A stretch of DNA of 64,000 nt, from contig JAEEKI010000011.1 in NCBI GenBank assembly GCA_016282375.1, positions 1,691-65,690 of the forward strand, read 5' to 3'. The number at the start of each line of letters is the position of its first letter. Within the stretch, counting starts at the first letter, position 1. The position numbers were made by a program, and so were the translations under genes. Positions 9,643 through 21,718 of this stretch are shown piece after piece. This stretch comes from Bacillales bacterium (GTDB lineage: Bacteria; Bacillota_I; Bacilli_A; RF39; UBA660). The notes under the pieces were generated by a model. It did not search any database. It saw only the letters and a program-made list of their open reading frames with translations, and was not told where the DNA came from.

Positions 9643-9667
9643 AAAGACTAGAGAAATCTAGTCTTTT
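9643..9667 (+). terminator. CTAG-family terminator copy 5
   Basis: aaagactaga-gaaa-tctagtcttt. Confidence 0.8.
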
Positions 9668-9682
9668 GAAATTACTTCATAA

Positions 9683-11389
<1,707 letters not shown>

Positions 11390-11434
11390 ATTGAATAGTA
11401 TTAAATAGTTTGGTATCATAATTGTTAGATAAGT

Positions 11435-11995
11435 ATGAAAAAAGTAATTATTTTGGGTAATGATACTACGATATTTTATAAAAAGATTAGATTCTATCGC
11501 TTTTTAAAGTTTTTAGGATATCATTTTGAATTAAAATATAAAGATGATTCCGTTAAAAAAAGTGAAGAGATAAATAATATTATTAAAATCTTAAATACCA
11601 AAGGAAGAAAAAATACTTATAGTTTAATATACGATTATGCTTGTGATGTTTTAGATCAAGAGTTTGTTTGTCATAATCTTTGTGATTTTAAAAATGATCG
11701 TTGTGCCTCAAAAAGAAATAAGAACTCAAAACATCACAGCTGTTGTGAAGGAACAAAACGAGGATTATGTAAACATTTTGATAAAAAAACCAAAAGGTGT
11801 GGTATTAAATCTATTGCTTGTAAACTGTTCGTGTGTCCATACTTAATGAAAAAGGGCGTTAAATATCGAGTTAATAAAGTAGTATATCTTAAATATTTTT
11901 TGAGTTTTAGACAAAAAACTATTTGTTATGCATCTTTTTTTGAAGACAAAGACCAAGTAATTAAAAAATTTATGAATATCTTTAGATGGTATTAG
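11435..11995 (+). CDS. Cys-rich hypothetical protein (possible Fe-S/Zn binding)
   Basis: Cluster of Cys including CC and CKLFVC. Confidence 0.6.
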   Translation: MKKVIILGNDTTIFYKKIRFYRFLKFLGYHFELKYKDDSVKKSEEINNIIKILNTKGRKNTYSLIYDYACDVLDQEFVCHNLCDFKNDRCASKRNKNSKHHSCCEGTKRGLCKHFDKKTKRCGIKSIACKLFVCPYLMKKGVKYRVNKVVYLKYFLSFRQKTICYASFFEDKDQVIKKFMNIFRWY

Positions 11996-12012
11996 ATATT
12001 GAACAATAAAAG

Positions 12013-12044
12013 GACTAGAGTAATCTAGTCTTTTATGTTAGAAT
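12013..12044 (+). terminator. CTAG-family terminator copy 6 fused to extended -10 TGTTAGAAT
   Basis: gactaga-gtaa-tctagtc, T tract, tgttagaat. Confidence 0.8.
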
Positions 12045-12065
12045 ACTTTTCAAGAGGTGTTTTGG

Positions 12066-12434
12066 ATGAAATACAACGTTAATGATTTATATTTTGCTAA
12101 ATGTCGGCTTTGTATCATGGATATTATTAATTCATATATGGAAGATGGTCAAGTAATAGAGCCACGTCCTGATTATGTTGATTATTATACTATTTTATAT
12201 TATCACAGAGGAAAGTTTGTTAATTTGTATGATTTTAAACGAAAATATAAAGATATATCCCAAGTAACTAATCCTAAGGCCAATTATGACGAGGATATTA
12301 TTTTAGAAATAAGTAGCTTAGCCGATTATATTCGTGAGGGACAAAAAAGAATATCTCGGAAAGAATGTGAATTTGTAGAAAACATTATTACTAAAACTTT
12401 GTCCTTAGACGATTATTGTCATCATAATAGATAA
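12066..12434 (+). CDS. Hypothetical protein flanked on both sides by the CTAG repeat
   Basis: GAGGTG RBS, ORF. Confidence 0.7.
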   Translation: MKYNVNDLYFAKCRLCIMDIINSYMEDGQVIEPRPDYVDYYTILYYHRGKFVNLYDFKRKYKDISQVTNPKANYDEDIILEISSLADYIREGQKRISRKECEFVENIITKTLSLDDYCHHNR

Positions 12435-12465
12435 CTAGAGTAATCTAGTTTTTTTATGGTATACT
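12433..12465 (+). terminator. CTAG-family terminator copy 7 fused to extended -10 TGGTATACT
   Basis: aactaga-gtaa-tctagtt, T tract, tggtatact. Confidence 0.8.
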
Positions 12466-12482
12466 GTATATGTGATGTTATA

Positions 12483-12797
12483 ATGATGTTAGAAAGAATT
12501 CAAAAAAATGAAGAAAGATTAGATAGTTTGTTATGTTCGATTAGTAATTTAAAAGATGTATTACAAGACTTTAAATTAAATATTAAGAATATACGTTTAG
12601 TTAATAATTATTATGGTAGTTCTAATTGGTTTAAAGATAAAAAGGCATATGAAAGTAATAATATTTCTAAAATAAAAGCGGGTGTTTTAAGTGAAGATGC
12701 TGTTTGGAATATGCTTGAAGATGTTGATGATATTATTTTAGAAATGAAAGATATTATAAATGATTATGAACAAATGAAGGGAAGGAAAAGAAAATGA
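12483..12797 (+). CDS. DUF4298-like protein
   Basis: YYGSSNWFKD and AGVLSEDAVWN motifs. Confidence 0.75.
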   Translation: MMLERIQKNEERLDSLLCSISNLKDVLQDFKLNIKNIRLVNNYYGSSNWFKDKKAYESNNISKIKAGVLSEDAVWNMLEDVDDIILEMKDIINDYEQMKGRKRK

Positions 12798-13651
12798 AAA
12801 AATTATTTGGAGGTATTAATTTAACTTGGAAAAAACTAATATTATTAGCCGTTGTTGCGGGTGTTTATACGGCGGTGATGGCGATAATACCTGATTTAAA
12901 ATATACATCATTTTCGACAATTGTAGCGACATTTGAAGTTTGGATTTTCTTTGGGATATTTATTATTATGAATAGTAAATCGGCGAAGGATTCTGCTTTA
13001 AAATGCTTTGTTTTCTTTTTAATTAGTCAACCTTTAATATACTTATTACAAGTACCTTTTAGTTGGCAACATTGGGGACTATTTAGTTACTATAAATATT
13101 GGTTTATTTGGACAATATTATGTTTACCAATGGGATATATTGGTTATTATATGAAAAAAGATAAATGGTGGGGATATTTAATCTTATTTCCGATGATTAT
13201 ATTGACAGCATATTGTTATATAACATATTTAGCTTATTTTACTTTTTCTTACCCTAAATATGCATTAATATGTCTATTTTGTATTGGGGCTATGATTATT
13301 TATCCACTTTATATTTTTAACAATAAGAAAATTAGAATATTTGGTTTAATAATTAGTCTAGCATTAATTATTTTTGTAACAGTAAATGGTTTGATGAATC
13401 CTTATCGTTATGAAACTTATATTATGGGTAATGGAAAGACATATTCTTTTGATGATACTTATAAAGTATATTTAGAAGATAAAAAATACGGTGATGTTAA
13501 CATTGAATATTTAGATAGTGTTGAAGATTATATGATTAAAGTTTCTTTTAAAAAAGAGGGTAAAACTAAGATTATTTTGGAAGATCAAGAAGGTAATAAA
13601 AAAACTTATAATATAACTATTAAACGTGATACATATGAGATAAGTGATTAA
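12794..13651 (+). CDS. Hypothetical multi-TM membrane protein with C-terminal extracellular beta domain
   Basis: About 7 hydrophobic helices; FFLISQPLIYLLQVPF. Confidence 0.75.
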   Translation: MKKLFGGINLTWKKLILLAVVAGVYTAVMAIIPDLKYTSFSTIVATFEVWIFFGIFIIMNSKSAKDSALKCFVFFLISQPLIYLLQVPFSWQHWGLFSYYKYWFIWTILCLPMGYIGYYMKKDKWWGYLILFPMIILTAYCYITYLAYFTFSYPKYALICLFCIGAMIIYPLYIFNNKKIRIFGLIISLALIIFVTVNGLMNPYRYETYIMGNGKTYSFDDTYKVYLEDKKYGDVNIEYLDSVEDYMIKVSFKKEGKTKIILEDQEGNKKTYNITIKRDTYEISD

Positions 13652-13719
13652 CTATTAATAACATAATCATCTTGATAAATAATGGATTACATTATATACT
13701 CATTATAGTAGGTGAGAAT

Positions 13720-15582
13720 ATGAAAAAGCAGAACACTATTATGATGATCATAACTGTGATAATCTTTTTATCTTTTGTGGCTTTTGCTACCTATGCGTAC
13801 TTTGCAACCGGTAATTTAAATGTAATTAATGTAGCAAATGCTAATACAATAACGGAAACAAATAATATGGTATTTGATGTAATTGGGGGAGGTATGTCCC
13901 TTAATATAACATTAGCTAAGATGGCGGATGGAGCTGCTAATAATAATTTAGTAGCTATTTCTAATAATACGACCTTAACGGTTAATTTTACACCCAATAC
14001 GGATTATAGTATGATATGTACCTATGATATTGTATATGAATGGACAAGCAGTGATAAATATACTACGCATAGTTCAGGAGTTACAGATAAAGAGTTTACC
14101 ATTCAAGCCTTTCAAACATATGTAGAAAATACAATTAATGGCGATGGTATGGTTACTCAGGAAACAGATTTATCAGCTTTAACATATAACAATAATAGTG
14201 TAACAATTGTAAGTGGAGCCCAAATATCAGGAACAGGGAACACAACTACTACCGCCGTATGGAATTTAATAAGTAGAGTTTATAATGTAAATGCGAGTCA
14301 AACAGCTTTAGAGGGAAAAAATTTTGTTGGTAAATTTAAGATAGCCAATGTCTCATGTGTAGCAGGTGAGGTTGAAACAACCGTTATAGCAAGTGGAAAT
14401 GTTAATGAAAATATCACCTGGACATTAGATGATAATGGCACTCTTAAAATAATGGGATCAGGAGAGATGCCAAGTTATAGTTTTAATGGTGCACCATGGT
14501 ATGCAAATAGAAGCTCTATAGAAAGCGTTGAAATTGGAAATGGAATTACTTCGATTAGTAGTTATGCTTTTAATTATTGTAGTAGTTTAACATCCATAAC
14601 CATTCCAAGCAGTGTAACAAGTATTGGTGCTTATGCTTTTCAAGGAGCAGGCCTAACTTCAATAACCATTCCAAACTTGGTAACATCATTGGAAGCAGGT
14701 GTGTTTTATAATTGTAAACACTTAACAAGTGTCACGCTGCCAAGTAATATAACTACCATTAGACCAATGGCATTTTCTGGTTGTAGTAGTCTAACCTCAA
14801 TAACCATTCCAAGTAGTGTAACAAGTATTGGTGATCTTGCTTTTCAATATGCAGGCCTAACTTCAATAACCATTCCAAACTCGGTAACATCAATTGGTGA
14901 ACAAGTGTTTCAATACTGCAGAAATTTAACCACCGTAACGTTATCAAGCAATATGACGACAATCACTCGTAATGCATTTTATGGATGTAGTAGTTTAGAG
15001 TCAATAACCATTCCAAGTAGTGTAACTACAATAGGCAATATGGCATTTTCTGGTTGTAGTAGTCTAACCTCAATAACCATTCCAAATACAGTGACCTCCA
15101 TTGATGCTGGTGCCTTTTCAAATAGCAGTCTAACGTCTATAACCATTCCTGATACAGTAACATCATTGGGATCAAGTGTGGTATCAAGCTGCAAAAAATT
15201 AACAAGTGCCACCTTGCCAAATACCATAACGACAGTCCCTGATAGCACATTTGATGGATGTAGTAGTTTAACATCGATAACCATTCCAAGCAGTGTAACA
15301 AGTATTGGCAGTTTTGCTTTTCAAGGAGTAGGCCTAACATCAATAACCATTCCAAGTGGTGTAACAAGTATTGGTAATTATGCTTTTCGAAATTCAGGTC
15401 TAACATCGATAACCATTCCAAGTAGTGTAACAAGTATTGGCGGTAATGCATTCAGAAATTGTGCTTCTTTATCATCTGTTATATATAATGGTAATACATA
15501 TACAACACAGTCTGGATTTACATCAGCATATGGAGGAACTTTAGGTTCAAATGTATTTACTGGTACTTCATTAGGAGAATAA
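13720..15582 (+). CDS. Surface protein: SipW-type signal (ATYAYF), conserved N-domain, BspA-type LRR_5 array
   Basis: Repeats of LTSITIPSSVTSIGxxAFxxC; WTLDDNGTLKIMGSGEM cap; N-domain shared with three paralogues. Confidence 0.9.
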   Translation: MKKQNTIMMIITVIIFLSFVAFATYAYFATGNLNVINVANANTITETNNMVFDVIGGGMSLNITLAKMADGAANNNLVAISNNTTLTVNFTPNTDYSMICTYDIVYEWTSSDKYTTHSSGVTDKEFTIQAFQTYVENTINGDGMVTQETDLSALTYNNNSVTIVSGAQISGTGNTTTTAVWNLISRVYNVNASQTALEGKNFVGKFKIANVSCVAGEVETTVIASGNVNENITWTLDDNGTLKIMGSGEMPSYSFNGAPWYANRSSIESVEIGNGITSISSYAFNYCSSLTSITIPSSVTSIGAYAFQGAGLTSITIPNLVTSLEAGVFYNCKHLTSVTLPSNITTIRPMAFSGCSSLTSITIPSSVTSIGDLAFQYAGLTSITIPNSVTSIGEQVFQYCRNLTTVTLSSNMTTITRNAFYGCSSLESITIPSSVTTIGNMAFSGCSSLTSITIPNTVTSIDAGAFSNSSLTSITIPDTVTSLGSSVVSSCKKLTSATLPNTITTVPDSTFDGCSSLTSITIPSSVTSIGSFAFQGVGLTSITIPSGVTSIGNYAFRNSGLTSITIPSSVTSIGGNAFRNCASLSSVIYNGNTYTTQSGFTSAYGGTLGSNVFTGTSLGE

Positions 15583-15603
15583 AATTCTTTATAATAATAA
15601 ATA

Positions 15604-15626
15604 AGACGGATGAAAATCCGTTTTTT
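15604..15626 (+). terminator. Intrinsic terminator (duplicated at ~18153-18175)
   Basis: acggat-gaaa-atccgt plus T tract. Confidence 0.75.
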
Positions 15627-15731
15627 AATTTGAATTTGAGAAACATCACAAGATTGCATTTCAATTATGGAAACATAATCATCTTGATAAATAATGGATT
15701 ATATTATATACTAATTATAATTGGTGAGAAT

Positions 15732-18131
15732 ATGAAAAAGCAGAACACTATTATGATGATCATAACTGTGATAGTCTTTTTATCTTTTGTAGTTTTTGCT
15801 ACCTATGCGTACTTTGCAACCGGTAATTTAAATGTCATTAATGTCGCAGCCTCTAATGTAATAACTGAGCAAAATAATATGGTATTTGATGTAATTGGGG
15901 GAGGTATATCCATTAATATGTCGTTAGCTAAGATGGCGGATGGCGCTGCTAATAATAATTTAGTAGCTATTTCTAATAATACGACCTTAACAGTTAATTT
16001 TACACCCAATACGGATTATAGTATGATATGTACGTATGATATCATTTATGAATGGACGAGCAGTGATAAATATACTGCTCATAGTCCAGGCGTAACAAAT
16101 AAAGAGTTTACGATTCAAGCCTTTCAAACATATGCGGAAAATACGGTTAATGGCGATGGCGTTGTTACTGAGGAAACAGATTTATCAACATTAACATATA
16201 CCAATAATAGTGTAACAATTGTTAGTGGAGCCCAAATATCGGGAAGTGGTAGCACAACTAGTACAGCCGTATGGAACTTAATAAGTAGAGTTTATAATGT
16301 ATATGCGAGTCAAACAGCTTTAGAGGGAAAAAACTTTGCAGGTAAATTTAAGATAGCCAATGTCTCATGTGTAGCAGGCGAGGTTGAAACAACCGTTATA
16401 GCAAGTGGAAATGTTAATGAAAATATCACCTGGACATTAGATGATAACGGCACCCTTAAAATAATGGGATCAGGAGCTATGCCAAATTATAGTTCTAGTG
16501 GTTCACCATGGTATGCAAATAGAAACTCTATAGAAAGTGTTGAAATTGGAAATGGTATTACTTCGATTGGCAAATACAGTTTTAACGGTGAGTCAAATTT
16601 GACATCTGTAACAATTCCAAGTAGTGTAACAGGTATTGGTGATTATGCTTTTCAAAATACAGGCCTAACATCGATAACCATTCCAGATACCGTAACTACA
16701 ATTGGAAACGCTGTTTTATCTAGTTGCAAAAATTTAACTTCTGCAACGTTACCAAGTAATATAACAACAATACCGACTTCTTTATTTTGGGGTAGTAGTA
16801 GTTTAACAAACTTTACTATTCCAAGTAGTGTAACAAGTATTGGTACAAATGCTTTTCTAAATACAAAACTAACATCGATAACCATTCCAAGTAGTGTAAC
16901 AAGTATTGGCAATTATGCTTTTGCAAATACAGACCTAACATCGATAACCATTCCAAGTAGTGTAACAAGTATTGGTAATTATGCTTTTCAAGATACAGGC
17001 CTAACATCGATAACCATTCCAGATACAGTAACTTCACTAGGAACCAATGTTTTATATTATTGCAATAATTTAACTTCTGCAACGTTACCAAGTAATATAA
17101 CAACAATACCTAAATCAACATTTGAAGGTTGTCGTAGTTTAACAAACTATACTATTCCAAGTAGTGTAACAAGTATTGGTAATAATGCTTTTCGTTCCTC
17201 AGGTTTAACGTCAATAACCATTCCAAGTAGTGTAACAAGTATTGGTGATTATGCTTTTTTTACTACAGGCCTAACATCAATAACCATTCCAAGTAGTGTA
17301 ACAAGTATTGGCAATTCTGCTTTTGCTTATACAGGCCTAACATCGATAACCATTCCAGATACCGTAACTTCACTTGGAACCGGTGTTTTGGGTGGCTGCG
17401 AAAATTTAACTTCTGCAACGTTACCAAGTAATATAACAACAATACCTAAACAAACATTTAATGGTTGTCGTAGTTTAACAAACTATACTATTCCAAGTAG
17501 TGTAACAAGTATTGGTGATTATGCTTTTCGAGAGACAGGCCTAACTTCGGTAACCATTCCAAGTAGTGTAACCACAATAGGTACGTATGCTTTTTCTGGA
17601 AGTAGTCTAACTTCGATAACTATTCCTGATACAGTGACAATTCTTGGAACCTATGCTTTTCAAAACTGTAAGAGTTTAACAAACGCAACGTTGTCAAGCA
17701 ATGTGACAACAATCCCTAATTATGCATTTGATGGTTGTAGTAGTTTAACAAACTGTACTATTCCAAGTAGTGTAACTAAGATTGGTGATTATGCTTTTCG
17801 AAATACAGGCCTAACATCGATAACCATTCCAGATACCGTAACTTCACTTGGAACCGGTGTTTTAAGTGGCTGCAAAAATTTAACTTCTGCAACGTTACCA
17901 AGTAATATAACAACAATCCCTAATTATGCATTTGATGGTTGCAGTAGTTTAACAAACTGTACTATTCCAAGCAGTGTAACAAGTATTGGTAATGTTGCAT
18001 TCAGAAATTGCTCTTCTTTATCATCTGTTATATATAATGGTAATACATATACAACACAGTCAGGGTTTACATCAGCCTATGGTGGAACTTTAGGTTCAAA
18101 TGTATTTACTGGTACTTCTTTAGGAACATAA
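15732..18131 (+). CDS. Tandem paralogue of 13720: SipW-type signal, N-domain, longer BspA LRR array
   Basis: Near-identical 5' region, 3' cap and flanks to the upstream copy; more LRRs. Confidence 0.9.
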   Translation: MKKQNTIMMIITVIVFLSFVVFATYAYFATGNLNVINVAASNVITEQNNMVFDVIGGGISINMSLAKMADGAANNNLVAISNNTTLTVNFTPNTDYSMICTYDIIYEWTSSDKYTAHSPGVTNKEFTIQAFQTYAENTVNGDGVVTEETDLSTLTYTNNSVTIVSGAQISGSGSTTSTAVWNLISRVYNVYASQTALEGKNFAGKFKIANVSCVAGEVETTVIASGNVNENITWTLDDNGTLKIMGSGAMPNYSSSGSPWYANRNSIESVEIGNGITSIGKYSFNGESNLTSVTIPSSVTGIGDYAFQNTGLTSITIPDTVTTIGNAVLSSCKNLTSATLPSNITTIPTSLFWGSSSLTNFTIPSSVTSIGTNAFLNTKLTSITIPSSVTSIGNYAFANTDLTSITIPSSVTSIGNYAFQDTGLTSITIPDTVTSLGTNVLYYCNNLTSATLPSNITTIPKSTFEGCRSLTNYTIPSSVTSIGNNAFRSSGLTSITIPSSVTSIGDYAFFTTGLTSITIPSSVTSIGNSAFAYTGLTSITIPDTVTSLGTGVLGGCENLTSATLPSNITTIPKQTFNGCRSLTNYTIPSSVTSIGDYAFRETGLTSVTIPSSVTTIGTYAFSGSSLTSITIPDTVTILGTYAFQNCKSLTNATLSSNVTTIPNYAFDGCSSLTNCTIPSSVTKIGDYAFRNTGLTSITIPDTVTSLGTGVLSGCKNLTSATLPSNITTIPNYAFDGCSSLTNCTIPSSVTSIGNVAFRNCSSLSSVIYNGNTYTTQSGFTSAYGGTLGSNVFTGTSLGT

Positions 18132-18210
18132 AATTCTTTATAATAAGTAATAAGACGGATGAAAATCCGTTTTTTGTATGTTATAATCTTTATAAGAGGA
18201 TGGAAGTAAT

Positions 18211-19407
18211 ATGAAAAAATTAAAAGTTGGTATGTTTATGGATTCTTGGTATCCAGATATAAATGGTGTTATCTTAGTTATGGATAATTTAATTAAGAAT
18301 ATGCAAGATTATGCAGATATCACCCTTGTTGTTCCAACAACAGGAAGTGAAGAGGATGACGGTAACTATCCATTTAAGGTTATTAGAGTAGATAGTATTC
18401 CTTTATTAAAGACGGGATATAAACTAGGCATGGTTGATGTAAAATATCTAAAATATAAACGCTTATTTAAAAAATTAGATTTTGATATTATTCATATTCA
18501 TTCGCCATTTGCTTTAGGAAGATTAGGTATTAGGGTAGCAAGAGAAAAAAATATTCCTGTTATTGCCACGATGCATACAAGATGGGAATTTGAATTAAAA
18601 AAATATTTGAAATCAAATTTAGTAACCAAAGTGGGTATTAAGCATTTAATTAAATCTTACAATAAATGTTATAGTTGTATTGCTCTTAATAATGCCTTAG
18701 TTAAGGTTTATAAAGATTATGGCTATAAAGGTAAAATGGATATTATTAGAAATGGCACCGACCTAGAAATTGTAGCAAATCCAAAAGAATCACGTGGTAA
18801 GATTAATAAAATGTTTAACTTAGATGATAAAGAAAGAGTTTTGTTATTTGTAGGAAGAATAACAAGTGTTAAAAATATTTTCTTTATTTTAGATGTTTTA
18901 AAAAGATTAAAAGAAATAAATTTTAAATATAAGATGATCTATGTTGGCAACGGACCAGATTATGAAAAATTAGGTAAGAAAATTAAAGAATATGCCATGC
19001 AAGATGAAGTCATTCTTGCTGGGAAGATTATGGATAGACAATTACTTAAAGAGATTTATAATCGGGCAGATTTATTTATTTTTCCATCCCTTTTTGATGC
19101 ATCTTCCTTAGTTCAAATTGAGGCAGCTTCCCAAGAAACTCCAACAATATTTGTCGAAGGATCTGTTACCTCGGATACAGTAGAAAATAATGTTAATGGG
19201 TTTAAAGAAAAAGAAGACATTGAATTATTTGCTAAACGCATCATTAGTATTTTTAATGATCAAAAATTATATAATAGTGTGAAGAAAGCTGCGAAAAATG
19301 ATTTAGCAATGTCGTGGAAAGATATTGCTAAAGATACTTATGATTACTATTTAAAAACGATTAAGAGTTATCAAGAAGAAAATCATTCTGAAGATAATAT
19401 AAATTAG
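18211..19407 (+). CDS. GT4 glycosyltransferase (glycolipid synthase-like)
   Basis: DSWYPDINGV, HIHSPF, LFVGRI, FIFPS..DASSLVQIEAA. Confidence 0.85.
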   Translation: MKKLKVGMFMDSWYPDINGVILVMDNLIKNMQDYADITLVVPTTGSEEDDGNYPFKVIRVDSIPLLKTGYKLGMVDVKYLKYKRLFKKLDFDIIHIHSPFALGRLGIRVAREKNIPVIATMHTRWEFELKKYLKSNLVTKVGIKHLIKSYNKCYSCIALNNALVKVYKDYGYKGKMDIIRNGTDLEIVANPKESRGKINKMFNLDDKERVLLFVGRITSVKNIFFILDVLKRLKEINFKYKMIYVGNGPDYEKLGKKIKEYAMQDEVILAGKIMDRQLLKEIYNRADLFIFPSLFDASSLVQIEAASQETPTIFVEGSVTSDTVENNVNGFKEKEDIELFAKRIISIFNDQKLYNSVKKAAKNDLAMSWKDIAKDTYDYYLKTIKSYQEENHSEDNIN

Positions 19408-19453
19408 TATCGTAAAACTAATTTTATGTTATAATTAGGAATAGAGGTAATTT

Positions 19454-21073
19454 ATGAATAAGAGTGGGAAAAAGGGCATAGGTTCTTTTATAAAATTATT
19501 AGTCTTTTTATGGATAGCAAGTTTTGTTATTTCGACAGTAACATCTTTCTTTAATGGGGAAGATAATCCTAAAAATGGCGATTATGATGCAAAGGCTTTG
19601 AATATTATTTCTAGTTCTGAAAATGAGCCATTAGATAGTTATATTAAAGATTTTGCTAAAAAGAATAAAATAAAGGTTAAAATAACTTATGAAGATACAT
19701 TAGATATTGTATCTAAATTAAATAGTGGTGAAGAGTATGATGCTGTATGGAGTGCTAATTCCATTTGGAATTATAAACTAAATAAGTCAGTATCCTTATC
19801 AGAGTCAAAGTCAATGAGTATTAATCCTGTTATTTTTGGTATCAAAAAGAGCAAAGCTCAAGAATTAGGCTTTGTTGGTAAAGATATTAGAACACAAGAT
19901 ATTTTAGATGCCATTAAGGATGGTAAATTAAAATTTAGTATGTCTAATCCTAACAGTACCAATAGTGGGGCGGTTGCTTATCTAGGAATTCTTTCTACTT
20001 TAGCTGGTAATCCCGATGTTTTAACTCTTGACATGCTTGAACAAGAGTATTTAAAAAATAATATTGTTTCTTTCTTTTCTGGTTTAGAAAGAACAAGTGG
20101 TGATGAAGATTACTTAGAGGAATTATTCTTAAATGGTGATTATGACGCCGTTGTTTCTTATGAATCTTCGATTATTAATATTAATAAAAAACTTGTTAAT
20201 AATAAAAAGGAACCTTTATATGCTATTTATCCAGTAGATGGTGTCAGTATATCAGATAGTATTTTTGCACTTGTAAATAATAAAGATGAGAATAAAAAAG
20301 AAGATTTTTTAAAGATTCAAGATTATTTTCTTTCGGGAGATGGTCAAGAAGTATTAGCTAATCTAGGACGTAGAACTTGGTATGGTGGAACAACAGATAG
20401 TGCTGATAAGAATGTTTTTAATCCTAACTGGGGTATTGATACCACTAAATTAATTTCACCACTTAAGTATCCGAGTGATGCGGTTATTAATCGTGCTTTA
20501 GCTATGTATCAAGAAGAACTTCGTAAACCCATTCATGTTGTTTTTTGTTTAGATTATTCTGGTAGTATGTGGGGTGATGGTTATGATGAATTGGTTAATG
20601 CGATGGAATTTATTTTAGATTATGAGGCAGCAAGTCAAGAAAGTATTCAATTTACATCTAAAGATAAGATTGATGTTATTCCGTTTGATAGTGACTATGA
20701 TGAAGTTTGGAGTACGGATAAAGGCGATGATACAGATTATTTAATTGATAGGATAAAAAAACGTAATCCAGGTGGAGCAACTTATTTATATTCGGCAACT
20801 ATCGAAGCGTTAAAACTACTTAATGATGGTGAGACTACTTATAATAAGTCAATAATTTTGATGACAGATGGTGATCCAAACGATAGTAAGACTTTTAAAG
20901 ATTTACAAAATTATTATAATAAACTTGGTTTAAAAATTCCTATTTTTGCCATTACTTTTGGTAGCGCAACTGAAAGATATCTAGATCAAATAGCTGATTT
21001 ATCGAATGCAAAGGTATTTGATGGTAAAACTGATTTAGTAGCAGCATTTAAAGAAGTACGTGCTTATAATTAG
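19454..21073 (+). CDS. Membrane-anchored solute-binding-protein-like plus vWA domain protein
   Basis: N-terminal TM; MSNPNSTNSG; MIDAS DYSGSM, GGATYLY, MTDG. Confidence 0.85.
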   Translation: MNKSGKKGIGSFIKLLVFLWIASFVISTVTSFFNGEDNPKNGDYDAKALNIISSSENEPLDSYIKDFAKKNKIKVKITYEDTLDIVSKLNSGEEYDAVWSANSIWNYKLNKSVSLSESKSMSINPVIFGIKKSKAQELGFVGKDIRTQDILDAIKDGKLKFSMSNPNSTNSGAVAYLGILSTLAGNPDVLTLDMLEQEYLKNNIVSFFSGLERTSGDEDYLEELFLNGDYDAVVSYESSIININKKLVNNKKEPLYAIYPVDGVSISDSIFALVNNKDENKKEDFLKIQDYFLSGDGQEVLANLGRRTWYGGTTDSADKNVFNPNWGIDTTKLISPLKYPSDAVINRALAMYQEELRKPIHVVFCLDYSGSMWGDGYDELVNAMEFILDYEAASQESIQFTSKDKIDVIPFDSDYDEVWSTDKGDDTDYLIDRIKKRNPGGATYLYSATIEALKLLNDGETTYNKSIILMTDGDPNDSKTFKDLQNYYNKLGLKIPIFAITFGSATERYLDQIADLSNAKVFDGKTDLVAAFKEVRAYN

Positions 21074-21082
21074 GGAGTTATT

Positions 21083-21718
21083 ATGAAAAATCAAGGAGTA
21101 ATATCGGCAGTTGTCGGAGGAACGTTTTTTGCTGTACCATATCTTGGCTTGGCCGTTCCTTTTGTACCAGCTCTAGTTATTGGGGCAGCGGCTTTTGGGG
21201 CCAGTGAATTGGTTTTTGCTGGTACTAAGAAAAAAAATGCTTTGGAGGATTTGGAAAACTCTAATAAAAGATTATATAATCAAATAGTAAAGGCCAATAA
21301 GAGTAATGCTTTTATACTTTCTATGATACCTAAGATTGATGATGAAGCAGTAAAAGCCAATTTGAAAGAGATATATAGTACAAATACTAAAATAATTAAT
21401 GTTGTAACGAAGAATAATGCTAAAGTGAAAAGCATCAATAATTATTTTGATTATTATTTGCCAGTACTTGTTAAAATCGTTTCTCGCTATGATGAGATTG
21501 AGAATCAGAATTTAACTTCAAGCGAGATAAAAAAATTTATGAAAAGTACAGCCGAGATGATTGAGGAGGTAAATGATTCTTTCAAAAAAATTTTATCAAG
21601 TTTATATCAAGAGGAAATTGTCGATACAGATGTGGAAATGAAAGTATTTAATCAAATGTTAAAAGCAGATGGCTTTAATGATAAAGGACTCTTAAAAAAG
21701 GAGGATAAAGATGAATAA
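21083..21718 (+). CDS. XpaC-like (5-bromo-4-chloroindolyl phosphate hydrolysis family) protein
   Basis: N-terminal TM hairpin, FDYYLP, C-terminal D.DVEMKV...L..DG; close to telA. Confidence 0.75.
   Translation: MKNQGVISAVVGGTFFAVPYLGLAVPFVPALVIGAAAFGASELVFAGTKKKNALEDLENSNKRLYNQIVKANKSNAFILSMIPKIDDEAVKANLKEIYSTNTKIINVVTKNNAKVKSINNYFDYYLPVLVKIVSRYDEIENQNLTSSEIKKFMKSTAEMIEEVNDSFKKILSSLYQEEIVDTDVEMKVFNQMLKADGFNDKGLLKKEDKDE

Noticed and set aside
14540-18010. Regular ~66-69 bp DNA repeats suggesting a CRISPR array
   Set aside because: They are in-frame LRR codons within long ORFs; there are no unique spacers or cas genes.
13720-18131. Diversity-generating retroelement TR/VR pair
   Set aside because: There is no reverse transcriptase in the window, and differences between copies are not restricted to adenines.
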